A stretch of 56,831 nucleotides of DNA, taken from positions 1 to 56,831 of the IMG/VR virus record IMGVR_UViG_2585427593_000001. The stretch is one strand, 5' to 3'. Positions 44,037 to 53,933 of this stretch are shown here, in pieces (position 1 is the stretch's first letter; each line of letters opens with the position of its first letter). The position numbers were made by a program, and so were the translations under genes. Source of the stretch: a virus. Taxonomy: Duplodnaviria; Heunggongvirae; Uroviricota; Caudoviricetes. The notes under the pieces are model-generated. The model searched no databases and was not told the origin of the DNA. It saw nothing but the letters and a program-made list of their open reading frames with translations.

Positions 44037-47000
44037 TCAAGATCCTCTCCCACGGCGACACCGCGCTCGCGACCCAGGAAATCGTCAACGCCCAGCCGGC
44101 GCGTATTCGCGGCTTCAAGGGCAGCAGCAAGGGCGGCAAGGTCACGAACGACGGCAACACGCTGCGTTCGCGTGCAAACTTCCGGCTTGTCGAGGCTGTC
44201 TCGGAAGGTCCGATCTGGGGCCTCGTCGATGGCGAAAAGTCGATCTACTTCGACCAGACGCCGCTCCTCAACGATGACGGCACCTATAATTTCAAGAACG
44301 TCTCAGTCTCTTCGCATAAGGGCCTGCCTGACGAAGGCTATTTCAACGGCCACAATGCAGTCGAGACGCCGGTAAACGTCGAGGTCCAGGTCAAGAATTC
44401 GCTTGGCCCGACGGTGCGCACCATTGTCGACGAGAACGTCGACGCCGTGCGCGTCATCATGCGCATTCCGTCGCTCGTCCACCAGGACAGCAAGGGCGGC
44501 CTGAAGAAGACCTCGGTTTCCTACGCGATCGATGTGCGCGCCAACAATGGTAGCTGGAACCAGGTCGTCCTGCAGAATTTGGACAACGAGAAGACGCTCT
44601 CGCCGTTCCAGATCGACCACCGTGTTCCCCTGCCGCTGAATGGCGCTCCCTGGGACATCCGCGTCCGTCGTCTGACGGCCGACTCCGGTGACGACAAGCT
44701 TCAGAACGATACCTATTGGGAGAGCTACGTCGAGCTTGTCGAGGGCAAGTTCCTCTACCCGAACACGGCAGCTTTCGCGATCTCCGGCTCTGCTGAGCAG
44801 ATGGGGTCGAATATCCCGCCGCGGTCCTATCACCTCCGCGGCCTGCTGGTGAACGTTCCGTCGAACTACAACCCGCTGACGCGGTCCTATACCGGTATTT
44901 GGAACGGCACCTTCAAGATCGCCTGGACCAACAACCCGGCATGGGTGTTCTACGACCTGCTGATCAACGACCGTTACGGCCTCGGTGAATTCATCAAGCC
45001 CGACATCGTTGACAAGTGGTCGCTCTACACTATCGCGCAGTATTGCGACCAGCCCGTTAAGTCCGGCTTCAAGAACGGCGACACGGGCGCGGATATCTAC
45101 GAGCCCCGCTACACCTTCAACGGCGTCATCAACACCAAGGATGAAGCCTTCTTCGTGCTGCAGTCGATCACGAAGGCATGGCGCGGCATGGGCTATTGGG
45201 CGCTCGGCCAGGTCTTCGCGACCGCTGACATGCCGCAGGATCCTGTGCGCCTGGTCACGCCGGCAAACGTGCTCGGCGGAGAGTTCGAATATGGCGGGAC
45301 GGCGCTCAAGGCGCGGCACTCCGTCGTCATGGTCAAGTGGAACAATCCGGACGACTTCTACCGCCCGGACACCGAAGTCGTCATCGATAGCGAGCTGCTC
45401 CACAAGTATGACTGGCGCGACAAGACGCTCCAGCTCACCGGCTGCACCTCGCGCGGCCTCGCGCATCGTTACGGCAAGTGGGTAATCGACACCGAGCAGC
45501 ACGAGACCGACACGCTCACCTATCAGGCGAGCTGGGATCATGCCGAGCTTCGGCCTGGCGAAATCATCGCGGTCTCGGATCCTCGCAAGGCGCTGATCCG
45601 CGCGGGCGGCCGCATTGTCGACCACAGCGGCCTGACGGTCACGCTCGACGCGGACTTCGAATACACCGAAGGCGAAACCTATCAGCTCATGCTGACGCTG
45701 CCGTCGGGTCAGGTCGAGACCAAGCCGATCCTGGCGTTCCTTGATGCTCGCACTGTTCGCCTCTCCACTGGCTTCTCTGCTGAAGCTCAGCCCGATGCGA
45801 TGTGGACGATCAAGGGCACCGACATCACGCCGCGGCTCTATCGTGTTATCTCCGTCGATGAGACGGACACCAACGTCTTCAAGATCACGGCACTGTTCCA
45901 CGATCCGCTGAAGTATGCGCGCATCGAGAAGGACATTGTATTCGAGCCGCTGCCTTACGATCGGCCGGACAAGAAGGCTGTTCCGCCTTCGAACCTCATC
46001 GTGCGCGAGACCGGCTATGTCACGGGCGGCCAGACCTTCCATTCGCTGACGGTCTCCTGGAGCCCGCCTCCGAATACCCTGGTGCGCGGCTTCGTCGTAG
46101 CTGTCGATGCGCCGGACGGCGAGAGCTTCGTCATTGGCTCGACCAACGAAACCTTCATGGAGCTGCTTACCACGAGGGGCGGCACCTACAAGTTCTACGT
46201 CCAGACGATCACCTACACCGGCCTGGTGTCGGATCCTGCGACCATCGAGTTCGAGGCGGTCGGCCCGGAAGGCTATCCGATCCCGACCGTCACCGACCTG
46301 GAACTGGTTGACGATCCCACGACCTCGAACTTCACTGGCACGGACCTCCGGGTCCGGTGGAAGAACAACTTCGCGCTGTCGGCTAACGGCGCTCTCGAGC
46401 ACGTCGCCTCGCCGCACTACAGCCACAACACGGTCAACGTCTACCACAACGGCACGGGCGCGCTACTGCGCTCCGAGCGCATCACGTCTGAGACCTATAC
46501 CTACGATCTCGGTTCGAACCGCGCCGACTGCAAGAAGCTGGGCTATTCGACCCCGACCCGCTCTGTCCGCATTGAGGTCAGCGTAACCGACGTTTTCGCC
46601 CGCACCTCGAATGAGGTCGATCGGGTCTTCACGAACCCGGTCCCGCAGGCGATCGCGCCGAGCTACACCGTTGCCGCATCCACGATCTTCCTCGGCTTCA
46701 ACCAGCCGGCCGATCCCGACTACGCCGGCTATGTGCTTCTGCGCTCGAAGGTCTCGGGCATCGATATAACCGACGAGCCCTATTACGACGGCCAGGCCAA
46801 CCCGCTGACCATTCCGGGCGAGCCGAACACGACCTATTACTTCCGCATTGCCGCATACGACGCCTTCGGCAAGACGGGCCTCAACTGGTCGACGGAATTC
46901 GAAATCGCCACGCACACCGACAGCGTCGACTTTGAGCCGCCTGCGGTTCCGACCGGCCTCGCCGCGACTTCGGTCATTCGTGCCGACGGCATGGTGGATG

Positions 47001-50000
47001 TTACCTACACCTGGGACGCCAACACCGAAGGCGACCTGATGGGCTACATTGTCCAGATCAAGGAAGGTGCGGGCAACTACATCGGCTTCTCTGCGCCGTC
47101 GCCGGCGCTGAAGGTCACCGTGCTGCCGACGACCTTGCTGACCGCCCAGGTGCTCGCTTACGACACCAACGGCAACAGGTCGAACCTCAGTGATCCTCCG
47201 CTCATCTATACGGCAAGCCGCGATGAGCTGCCGCCTGCCGTTCCGTCGAACTGGACCGCGAAGGGTGGTTTCGGCCTCGTCGTGCTTTCAGGCGATCCGA
47301 ATACCGAACTGGATTTCTCCCACTACGAGATCTACCAGAGCACGGTCGACACCGCACCTGACGCTGCAACGCCTGCGACGCTGGTCGCAAGCTCCAATCA
47401 GTTCTTCATCACCGACCTCGACGACGAGCTGACGCTCTATTTCTGGCTGCGTTCGGTCGATGGTAGCGGCAACAAGTCGGACTGGTCCGATCGCCTGGTC
47501 GCGACCACGGTCTCTTCGAACGTTCTGCTGACCACCGAGGCTCTCGAGGGCCTGGTCGACCGGACGAGCTTTGCGACCTCGATTGAGCCGCCTGGCATCG
47601 GTAGCACTCTGCCGGACCTGCCCTTTACCAACGAGACGCCGAAGCAGTTCTTCCTGACTACCGAAGGGAAGATGTATATCCAGAAGGTCGACGGATCCGG
47701 CTGGGTGCTGACCACCTCGACCACCATCCTCGACGGCAAGATCGTCACCGGCCAGATCGCGGCAGGCGCGATCGGCGCGGATCAGATCGCGGCCGGCGCC
47801 ATCACCACGAAGAACCTGTCGATCCGCGATTTCACGATCCTTGCGGAAAATGCAGACATGCAGCTCGGCAACACTGTCGGCTGGGCGAGCGGTAAGGAAC
47901 GCATCATCCAGGACGCAGCCAATGCCTATCCGGGCCAGACCTGGGTGGCAGCGCTGACGGGCACGACCACCCTCATCGTGACCAACGCCCTCGAGGTGTC
48001 GTGCGTCGCCGGGGAACGCTTCTATCTGTCCGCGCATGTTAAGACCGTCGGTAACGCTGGCGCCGGCCGCAAGGGCGTGCGTGCTCAGTTCGTCGACAAG
48101 GACGGCAATCTGCTGACGCCTGGCACGGCTGACACGACCGGCAATCCGACGGCCTGGACTGCCGTTGTAGGCTTTGCGACTGCGCCTGCAGACACGGCCA
48201 AGGTTCGGCTCGAGGTCATCAACTACAACAACGTGGGCGGCACCTGCTATGTCGCCAACCCGCGCCTGATGCGTGCAGCCGCGGTTCTGATCGAGCCGAA
48301 CGGCATCACGGCCGACAAGCTGACGACTGGCGAACTGATCACGCTCTCGGCGCAGATCAAGGATGCCATCATCACCAGCGCCAAGGTCTTCGACCTCGAC
48401 GCGGCCAAGATCCGGGCTGGCACCATCATGGCCGGGACCATCACGGTCAACGGTTCGCAGCTCGGCATCATCAAGAACAATGCCGAACTCGGCGCGACCG
48501 ATCCGGCGACCCGCATCAACTCGGGCACGACGACTATCAACGGCGGAAAGGTCACGATCTCCAACACCGGCGTCCTGAGCGATTGGGCGATGGGTGGCGA
48601 CTCGACCGAGATCAACGGTGGCGCCGTAGCGGCAAACACCCTGACGGCCAATAAGCTGACGATCGGCCAGCGCGGCATCAACCTCGAGAATATCCAGTTC
48701 TCCTACGACAAGGCAACTGGCATCGTCTCGTGGACGGCTGGCGTGCTGCGCTACACCCGCACCAATGCGACGACGCTCGCGCCTGAAGTCGGCTTCGTCA
48801 ACATCTCTGCGGGCACCGCTACGTGGACCACGGGCCGCCTCTATGTCTATTGGGACAAGGGCGCAACGGATCCGGCCAATGGCGCGGCCGTCACGCTGCT
48901 TGCCAGCAACGTCGTGGCAACGGCCAACGGCGACAACAAGCTCGTGCTGGCGACCTATAGCGGTGGCACGATGTTCGTTGCCAACTACGGCCAGACGATC
49001 ATCGACGGTGGAACCATTCGCGCACAGTCGATCGACGCGGCGCAGATTAAGGCGAACGCCATCACGGCCGGCCTGATCGCTGCGGATGCGATCGAGACGC
49101 GGCACCTGAAGTCGCAGATCATCACCGCAAAGCAGATGGTCATGTATGACGCCCAGAATTGGGTGTCGAATGGCGAGTTCGAAGAGCTCGACACTGAGGC
49201 TACCTGGACGTTCGGCGGTGGCAACATTTCGCCGCAGTTCAGCGGTCTCAACACGACCAGCATGTTCTACCTGTCGACGGAGGGCTCGCAGACCGGCCGC
49301 TACGTTCTGGCGCTCGATCGCAAGAGCTCCTCGTATGGCACGAACCTGAACGTCAACATGAAGAACAAGTTTCAGGTGACCTCGGGATCGACTTTGACGG
49401 TCAGCGTTGCCTTTGGATCGTTGAACGCGGCAAGCACCGCAGGCTTCTACATCACGCTCTATTGGTATGACTCCGACGGCGTGCAGACGACCAGCACGTT
49501 CCTCTGGAACAACAGCTCGATCCCGGCGACGATTACCGAGCAGACGAAGAAGATCGTCGTGCCGGCTGGGGCCACCTATTGCCATTTGCGCATCACCCAC
49601 GGCGCGGGCTCGACCGAGCCGGTCATCTACGTCGACCGCGTTGCGGTTCGTAAGGCTAATGCTGCCAGCCTGATCGTGGACGGTGGCATCAAGGCCAACC
49701 ACATCGATGTTCAGGACTTGAGCGCCTTGAACATCAAGGTGCACAATATCGATATCGACGAAGGCACGATTGGTGGCGAGAAGCTCACCAACGGGGCGAT
49801 CTCGGATGTCTACATGGATAGTTCCGGATCATCCATCTACCTCAACGGCTCAACGAATCTCCTCGTTCGCAATATCGCGGTTAAAGCGAGCGAGCGCCTC
49901 CTGTTCACGGGCTTCTGGAACATCAGGAGTTTCATCAACTTTGACACGGAAATCTGCTGGTATGGTTATGCCCAGATCGTGGTTAATGGCACCGTGATCG

Positions 50001-50227
50001 CCCAGACCATGATCGTTGGTCCTGCCATTGACGGCTATACGTGCGCCAATCAGTCGATGTCCGGCGCCTGCATTATCGGGTCTGACCAGACTGTCACCTG
50101 TATTTTCCGTTTCGTCATTGGCTCAGGGGGCACGCCTCGCTCTGGCAGTTATAACAGTGGCGCGCTCGCGCAAAATCCGATGAGTAACGACGGCGTGTCG
50201 TGGTCGATTATAAGGGCTAAGAAGTGA
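44033..50227 (+). CDS. Central tail fibre/host-specificity protein (lambda gpJ-like)
   Basis: VSEGPIWG, WTNNPAWVFYDLL..RYGLG, GCTSRGLAHR.GKW; FN3-like and CBM-like C-terminal modules; 2064 aa. Confidence 0.93.
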   Translation: MIKILSHGDTALATQEIVNAQPARIRGFKGSSKGGKVTNDGNTLRSRANFRLVEAVSEGPIWGLVDGEKSIYFDQTPLLNDDGTYNFKNVSVSSHKGLPDEGYFNGHNAVETPVNVEVQVKNSLGPTVRTIVDENVDAVRVIMRIPSLVHQDSKGGLKKTSVSYAIDVRANNGSWNQVVLQNLDNEKTLSPFQIDHRVPLPLNGAPWDIRVRRLTADSGDDKLQNDTYWESYVELVEGKFLYPNTAAFAISGSAEQMGSNIPPRSYHLRGLLVNVPSNYNPLTRSYTGIWNGTFKIAWTNNPAWVFYDLLINDRYGLGEFIKPDIVDKWSLYTIAQYCDQPVKSGFKNGDTGADIYEPRYTFNGVINTKDEAFFVLQSITKAWRGMGYWALGQVFATADMPQDPVRLVTPANVLGGEFEYGGTALKARHSVVMVKWNNPDDFYRPDTEVVIDSELLHKYDWRDKTLQLTGCTSRGLAHRYGKWVIDTEQHETDTLTYQASWDHAELRPGEIIAVSDPRKALIRAGGRIVDHSGLTVTLDADFEYTEGETYQLMLTLPSGQVETKPILAFLDARTVRLSTGFSAEAQPDAMWTIKGTDITPRLYRVISVDETDTNVFKITALFHDPLKYARIEKDIVFEPLPYDRPDKKAVPPSNLIVRETGYVTGGQTFHSLTVSWSPPPNTLVRGFVVAVDAPDGESFVIGSTNETFMELLTTRGGTYKFYVQTITYTGLVSDPATIEFEAVGPEGYPIPTVTDLELVDDPTTSNFTGTDLRVRWKNNFALSANGALEHVASPHYSHNTVNVYHNGTGALLRSERITSETYTYDLGSNRADCKKLGYSTPTRSVRIEVSVTDVFARTSNEVDRVFTNPVPQAIAPSYTVAASTIFLGFNQPADPDYAGYVLLRSKVSGIDITDEPYYDGQANPLTIPGEPNTTYYFRIAAYDAFGKTGLNWSTEFEIATHTDSVDFEPPAVPTGLAATSVIRADGMVDVTYTWDANTEGDLMGYIVQIKEGAGNYIGFSAPSPALKVTVLPTTLLTAQVLAYDTNGNRSNLSDPPLIYTASRDELPPAVPSNWTAKGGFGLVVLSGDPNTELDFSHYEIYQSTVDTAPDAATPATLVASSNQFFITDLDDELTLYFWLRSVDGSGNKSDWSDRLVATTVSSNVLLTTEALEGLVDRTSFATSIEPPGIGSTLPDLPFTNETPKQFFLTTEGKMYIQKVDGSGWVLTTSTTILDGKIVTGQIAAGAIGADQIAAGAITTKNLSIRDFTILAENADMQLGNTVGWASGKERIIQDAANAYPGQTWVAALTGTTTLIVTNALEVSCVAGERFYLSAHVKTVGNAGAGRKGVRAQFVDKDGNLLTPGTADTTGNPTAWTAVVGFATAPADTAKVRLEVINYNNVGGTCYVANPRLMRAAAVLIEPNGITADKLTTGELITLSAQIKDAIITSAKVFDLDAAKIRAGTIMAGTITVNGSQLGIIKNNAELGATDPATRINSGTTTINGGKVTISNTGVLSDWAMGGDSTEINGGAVAANTLTANKLTIGQRGINLENIQFSYDKATGIVSWTAGVLRYTRTNATTLAPEVGFVNISAGTATWTTGRLYVYWDKGATDPANGAAVTLLASNVVATANGDNKLVLATYSGGTMFVANYGQTIIDGGTIRAQSIDAAQIKANAITAGLIAADAIETRHLKSQIITAKQMVMYDAQNWVSNGEFEELDTEATWTFGGGNISPQFSGLNTTSMFYLSTEGSQTGRYVLALDRKSSSYGTNLNVNMKNKFQVTSGSTLTVSVAFGSLNAASTAGFYITLYWYDSDGVQTTSTFLWNNSSIPATITEQTKKIVVPAGATYCHLRITHGAGSTEPVIYVDRVAVRKANAASLIVDGGIKANHIDVQDLSALNIKVHNIDIDEGTIGGEKLTNGAISDVYMDSSGSSIYLNGSTNLLVRNIAVKASERLLFTGFWNIRSFINFDTEICWYGYAQIVVNGTVIAQTMIVGPAIDGYTCANQSMSGACIIGSDQTVTCIFRFVIGSGGTPRSGSYNSGALAQNPMSNDGVSWSIIRAKK

Positions 50228-50619
50228 TTTGGTTTGTTCTCTATAGCGCGGACGGCGCGATCGCCCAGCATGGCAATGCTCTCAATGAGGAGGAAGCAGC
50301 GGAACAGGCTGCACTCCTGGGCCTGTCCCTTCTTGTGGTGGAGGAGCAGTTGAAGGACGTTAGGAACTGGTATGTTCTCGACGGTGTGCTCACGCCTAAG
50401 CAGGAAATCAACGCCGAGGGTGAATACACGATCGCCGCTGACGGGGCGGCCGAGGTCTCCTTTCCCGTGCCCGAGGGAACTCCAATCATTTTTCAGAAGT
50501 CATGGCACCTGTCGGATGGCGCCTTCGAGTTCGCCACGGACACGCCGGGGAATTATGAGGTCACGATCGAGACGGGCGCCACGACTTTGAGCAAGAGGGT
50601 AATTATCCATGCGGTTTGA
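50224..50619 (+). CDS. Tail-fibre-associated protein
   Basis: GTGA overlap with the gpJ stop; position. Confidence 0.55.
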   Translation: MIWFVLYSADGAIAQHGNALNEEEAAEQAALLGLSLLVVEEQLKDVRNWYVLDGVLTPKQEINAEGEYTIAADGAAEVSFPVPEGTPIIFQKSWHLSDGAFEFATDTPGNYEVTIETGATTLSKRVIIHAV

Positions 50620-51022
50620 TTTGAAGATGGGACTCCCGGCCATCAAGGCGGACCTGAAGGCCAAGATCGACCTGCAGGCGGGGCAGCTTCGCAATCTCTA
50701 CATTACGACCATTCCGGGACAGGACATGGTCTACATGGAGAAGCGCCTGGAAGCAGAGATGGTCGTGGCTGATCCTCAGCTCGGGGAAGGGCTCAGCGCC
50801 TCCGAGATTCCCCACATCGTCAAGGAAGCTGACACGTCTGGGGTTAGCCGCTACGAAAAGGCGGTGGAGATCCTCACTCTGGCGAATCTCTGGAAGCAGA
50901 TTTCCCCGATGATCGAAGATCGCCGGCTGTCGGTGAAGAGCGCGATCGATGCCGCTACGACTGTAGCCGAGGCACGGGATCTCGCCGACGTGGACTGGAG
51001 CGATCTGGTGCTAACGCCCTAG
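50609..51022 (+). CDS. Tail-fibre-associated protein/chaperone
   Basis: YMEKRLEA...IEDRR...K.AI..A pattern of tail-associated chaperones. Confidence 0.6.
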   Translation: MRFDLKMGLPAIKADLKAKIDLQAGQLRNLYITTIPGQDMVYMEKRLEAEMVVADPQLGEGLSASEIPHIVKEADTSGVSRYEKAVEILTLANLWKQISPMIEDRRLSVKSAIDAATTVAEARDLADVDWSDLVLTP

Positions 51023-51051
51023 GTTTTGGTTGCCCTTTTCTCCCACTTGTA

Positions 51052-51071
51052 GTAAGTAAGTCCTTACTTAT
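51052..51071. promoter_or_regulatory. Palindromic operator upstream of the lysis cassette
   Basis: GTAAGTAAGTCCTTACTTAT. Confidence 0.75.
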
Positions 51072-51091
51072 CTCATCGTTGGAGACGTGTC

Positions 51092-51454
51092 ATGGCAGCC
51101 ATGCCTTCCATTAAGCTCAACAAGGAGACACTCGGTCTTGTGATCGCGTGTTTCTCGGTCGCAGGCAGCATTTTCGCCGCCTACAACTGGCTGCTGGCTG
51201 GCCGTGCAGAAAATGCACCGATCGTCCGTCAGCTCGTGCTGAAGGACGAGGTTCAGGACAAGCGCCTCGATCGCACCGACGAAGATCGCGCCATCACCAA
51301 GGAACTCACCCAGAAGACCGGCGAACTCAAGGAAGCCGTCGTCAAGCTGACGACCGTGCTGGAGAACACCCCGGCCCGTAAGGCCGAATACTATTTCGAG
51401 AATACCTCTCCGCGGCCGGGCATGCCTTCGCCCACCATTGAGGTGCGGCGATGA
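51092..51454 (+). CDS. Single-TM coiled-coil protein of the lysis cassette
   Basis: TM LGLVIACFSVAGSIFAAYNW followed by a coiled coil. Confidence 0.6.
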   Translation: MAAMPSIKLNKETLGLVIACFSVAGSIFAAYNWLLAGRAENAPIVRQLVLKDEVQDKRLDRTDEDRAITKELTQKTGELKEAVVKLTTVLENTPARKAEYYFENTSPRPGMPSPTIEVRR

Positions 51455-51681
51455 TCCACCCCGACTGGAAGAACATCTTGGGTCACTCCTATGTGGCCTG
51501 GTGCGGCTACGCGCTCTTCCTCCTCAACGCGCTTGATGCCTCCTACTGGTTCTTCCTCGGATACGCACCCATCGCGCCGTGGGCTATGGGCCTTGTGTCT
51601 GCGCTGATCGGCCTCGCGATCCCCTACCTGCGCGTCAAGCTTCAGAAGAGCATTTCAGGAGACACCCATGCCGGTGAATAA
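51451..51681 (+). CDS. Probable holin
   Basis: 76 aa, two TM segments, directly before the endolysin. Confidence 0.65.
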   Translation: MIHPDWKNILGHSYVAWCGYALFLLNALDASYWFFLGYAPIAPWAMGLVSALIGLAIPYLRVKLQKSISGDTHAGE

Positions 51682-52279
51682 GACCTTCGCGAGCAAGCGC
51701 GGCAAGGCCGCTGTCGCTGCCGCGATCATGGCTGCTGCATTGACTGGTTGGCAGAGTGTCAAGGACACCAACCCGGCCAAGCACGTTTATCCGCCCGCAG
51801 TTATTCTGGCGACCGACGCGCTGATCAAGCCGTGGGAAGGCAATGTGCTGAGCGCGCATTGGGATCCTTTCGCCAAGATCTACGACATCTGTTACGGCAA
51901 GACCCGTTTCAACGGCAAGCCTGTCACCAAGGACATGAAGTTCACCAAGGAGGAGTGCGCCGACTTCCTCGAGGCGGATGTCTACAACGACTATTACCTG
52001 CCGCTCACCAAGAAGATTCCGGGCTTCACGTCCTTCCCGATCGGCAACCAGGCCGCGATGATCTCCGGCGCCTATAACTTCGGCGTTGGCGCAATGGTCA
52101 ATTCCACGGCGACCAGCTTAGCGCTGAAGGGCCAGTGGGAAGCCGCATGTGACGCCCAGACCGCCTTCAACAAGGCAGGTGGCGTGCGTGTGCCTGGCCT
52201 CGTGAAGCGCCGCGAGATGGGCGACGATTACCGCAAGGGCGAAGCCGAGATCTGCAAGTCCGGCCAGGTAACGAAGTGA
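51668..52279 (+). CDS. GH24 lysozyme endolysin, possible SAR type
   Basis: Ala-rich N-terminal segment; WEG...WD...DICYG; AYNFG; GLVKRR. Confidence 0.9.
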   Translation: MPVNKTFASKRGKAAVAAAIMAAALTGWQSVKDTNPAKHVYPPAVILATDALIKPWEGNVLSAHWDPFAKIYDICYGKTRFNGKPVTKDMKFTKEECADFLEADVYNDYYLPLTKKIPGFTSFPIGNQAAMISGAYNFGVGAMVNSTATSLALKGQWEAACDAQTAFNKAGGVRVPGLVKRREMGDDYRKGEAEICKSGQVTK

Positions 52280-52620
52280 TCAAGGCGCTCATCGCACCCT
52301 ACCTCGGCTACGTCTACACGGGCCTGGCTGTGCTGGTCGCTACTGCCGGCGCCTATGCCTACAACGCCATCTACGATCGCGGCTGGAACGCCAATGAAGC
52401 TGTCTGGCTCAAGAAGCAGGCCGACCAGGTCGAAGCCAATGACCGGGCCATTGCGAACGCCACCAAGGAATTGCGGGAGGATATCGCCGCACTGGTTCTT
52501 CAAAATGGAAAGCTCGAAAATGATGTCGCTCGCCTCAATGAAGAAGCCCTTAAGGATCCTGACGCTCATTCTGGTGGCATCAAGCGCAGCAGCGTGCAGC
52601 GCATTAACTCCGTCCGCTAA
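52276..52620 (+). CDS. Inner-membrane spanin (Rz-like)
   Basis: N-terminal TM and coiled coil. Confidence 0.75.
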   Translation: MIKALIAPYLGYVYTGLAVLVATAGAYAYNAIYDRGWNANEAVWLKKQADQVEANDRAIANATKELREDIAALVLQNGKLENDVARLNEEALKDPDAHSGGIKRSSVQRINSVR

Positions 52621-52873
52621 AGTTCCGATCAATCTTCCACCTCTGCCGGCCGACGTTCTCTGGATCTGTAAGCTCGACAAAGAGGGCAAGCAGGTGTGCA
52701 AGCTGACGTGTCCGGAAGGTGTGCTCGTGCCTGACCGCGACATCGACCAGGCTGAGGCGGAAACCTATTGGATTCAGGACCGCGCCGGCCTTCGAACCTG
52801 CCGGAACGCTTTCAATGCGACCGTAAAGTTCTATGAGAACCTTCGAACGGAACTCTCCGCGCCGGAGAAGTGA
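52538..52873 (+). CDS. Outer-membrane lipoprotein spanin (Rz1-like)
   Basis: ATG 52538 overlapping Rz; MKKPLRILTLILVASSAAAC lipobox; Pro-rich. Confidence 0.75.
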   Translation: MKKPLRILTLILVASSAAACSALTPSAKVPINLPPLPADVLWICKLDKEGKQVCKLTCPEGVLVPDRDIDQAEAETYWIQDRAGLRTCRNAFNATVKFYENLRTELSAPEK

Positions 52874-52999
52874 TCCATCTCTCGTCTCTTATATGCATCT
52901 GACTAAGTGCATATAATTATACTTGACAGTGAATGGACGGGAATACGCTTCCGGACGGCGAGAACGTGTTCCGGTTTCCAGGTCAAGCCCTAAATAAAT

Positions 53000-53019
53000 G
53001 TAAGTAAGCGCTTACTTAT
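53000..53019. promoter_or_regulatory. Palindromic operator upstream of phoH
   Basis: GTAAGTAAGCGCTTACTTAT. Confidence 0.75.
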
Positions 53020-53080
53020 TATGATGCTTTCAGCTACATTGGGCTCGTAGTCGATACCTCCCCAATGGAGCTCTCCTGAA

Positions 53081-53836
53081 ATGTCTAAGCCTCGCAAGTC
53101 CGTCGCACGTCAGACCCGCCGCGACGACCGCGCACGTATGCGCAACGACTCCAAGCTGATCGCTTCTGCCGATCGGTCGATCCCTGCGCAGCCCACTCCC
53201 GCACGCAGGGAGCCTGTCAAGCCGCTGACCCACGGTCAGAAGCGCTATGACGCCGGGTTCAAGTCCTCAGATATCATCTTCGGCATTGGACCGGCAGGCA
53301 CGGGCAAGACCTGGTTTGCCATCCAGCGCGCCGCGGAAGCCCTTAAGGCTGGCCTGATCAAGAAGATCTACGTCACCCGGCCGGCGATCGAGGTAGGCGA
53401 GGGGATGGGCTTTCTGCCGGGCGAGCTGGACGAGAAGTTCGCACCCTATCTGATCCCGCTGAAGGAAGCCTTTGTCGAGGCCCTCGGCGCCGGCTTCTAT
53501 GAATACTGCCTCAAGGCAGGCATCATCGAGCCGATCCCGCTCGCATTCATCCGCGGCCGCACGCTGAAGGATGCGTGGGTGATCTTTGACGAGGCGCAGA
53601 ACGCGACCAAGGCCGAGTTCAAGGCGTTCCTGACCCGTATCGGCGAGAACGCCAAGTTCGTCATCAATGGCGACACGACCCAGATCGACGAGAAGATCGG
53701 CTCGAAGTCCGGCCTGATGGACGCCGTCAAGCGTATCGGCAATCACTCTCAGGTGTCGGTCGTGACGTTCACGCGCGGCGAGGTCGTTCGCTCCGGCCTC
53801 TGCCAGGACATGGTCGAGGCATACGAAGACGCTTAA
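53081..53836 (+). CDS. phoH: PhoH-like ATPase
   Basis: GPAGTGKT, TRPAIE, GFLPG, IRGRT, FDEAQN, GDTTQID. Confidence 0.93.
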   Translation: MSKPRKSVARQTRRDDRARMRNDSKLIASADRSIPAQPTPARREPVKPLTHGQKRYDAGFKSSDIIFGIGPAGTGKTWFAIQRAAEALKAGLIKKIYVTRPAIEVGEGMGFLPGELDEKFAPYLIPLKEAFVEALGAGFYEYCLKAGIIEPIPLAFIRGRTLKDAWVIFDEAQNATKAEFKAFLTRIGENAKFVINGDTTQIDEKIGSKSGLMDAVKRIGNHSQVSVVTFTRGEVVRSGLCQDMVEAYEDA

Positions 53837-53846
53837 CGACCCTGAC

Positions 53847-53876
53847 GCGAGCGCGGACAACCCCGCGCTCGCTTTG
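53847..53876 (+). terminator. Probable terminator
   Basis: GCGAGCGCGG-ACAACC-CCGCGCTCGC-TTTG. Confidence 0.6.
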
Positions 53877-53933
53877 TCTGCTCTTCCGCATGACGCTCGC
53901 TATAAGTCATCACAGAACAACGAAAGTCCTGTT

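Noticed and set aside
25158-49744. Long antisense ORFs (25158-26888, 37532-39349, 41870-43846, 44303-46447, 47288-49744 and similar)
   Set aside because: Shadows of high-GC3 structural genes on the opposite strand, with no motifs or SD support.
44033-50227. Diversity-generating retroelement or invertible tail-fibre cassette
   Set aside because: No reverse transcriptase, invertase, template repeat or crossover sites seen in the window.
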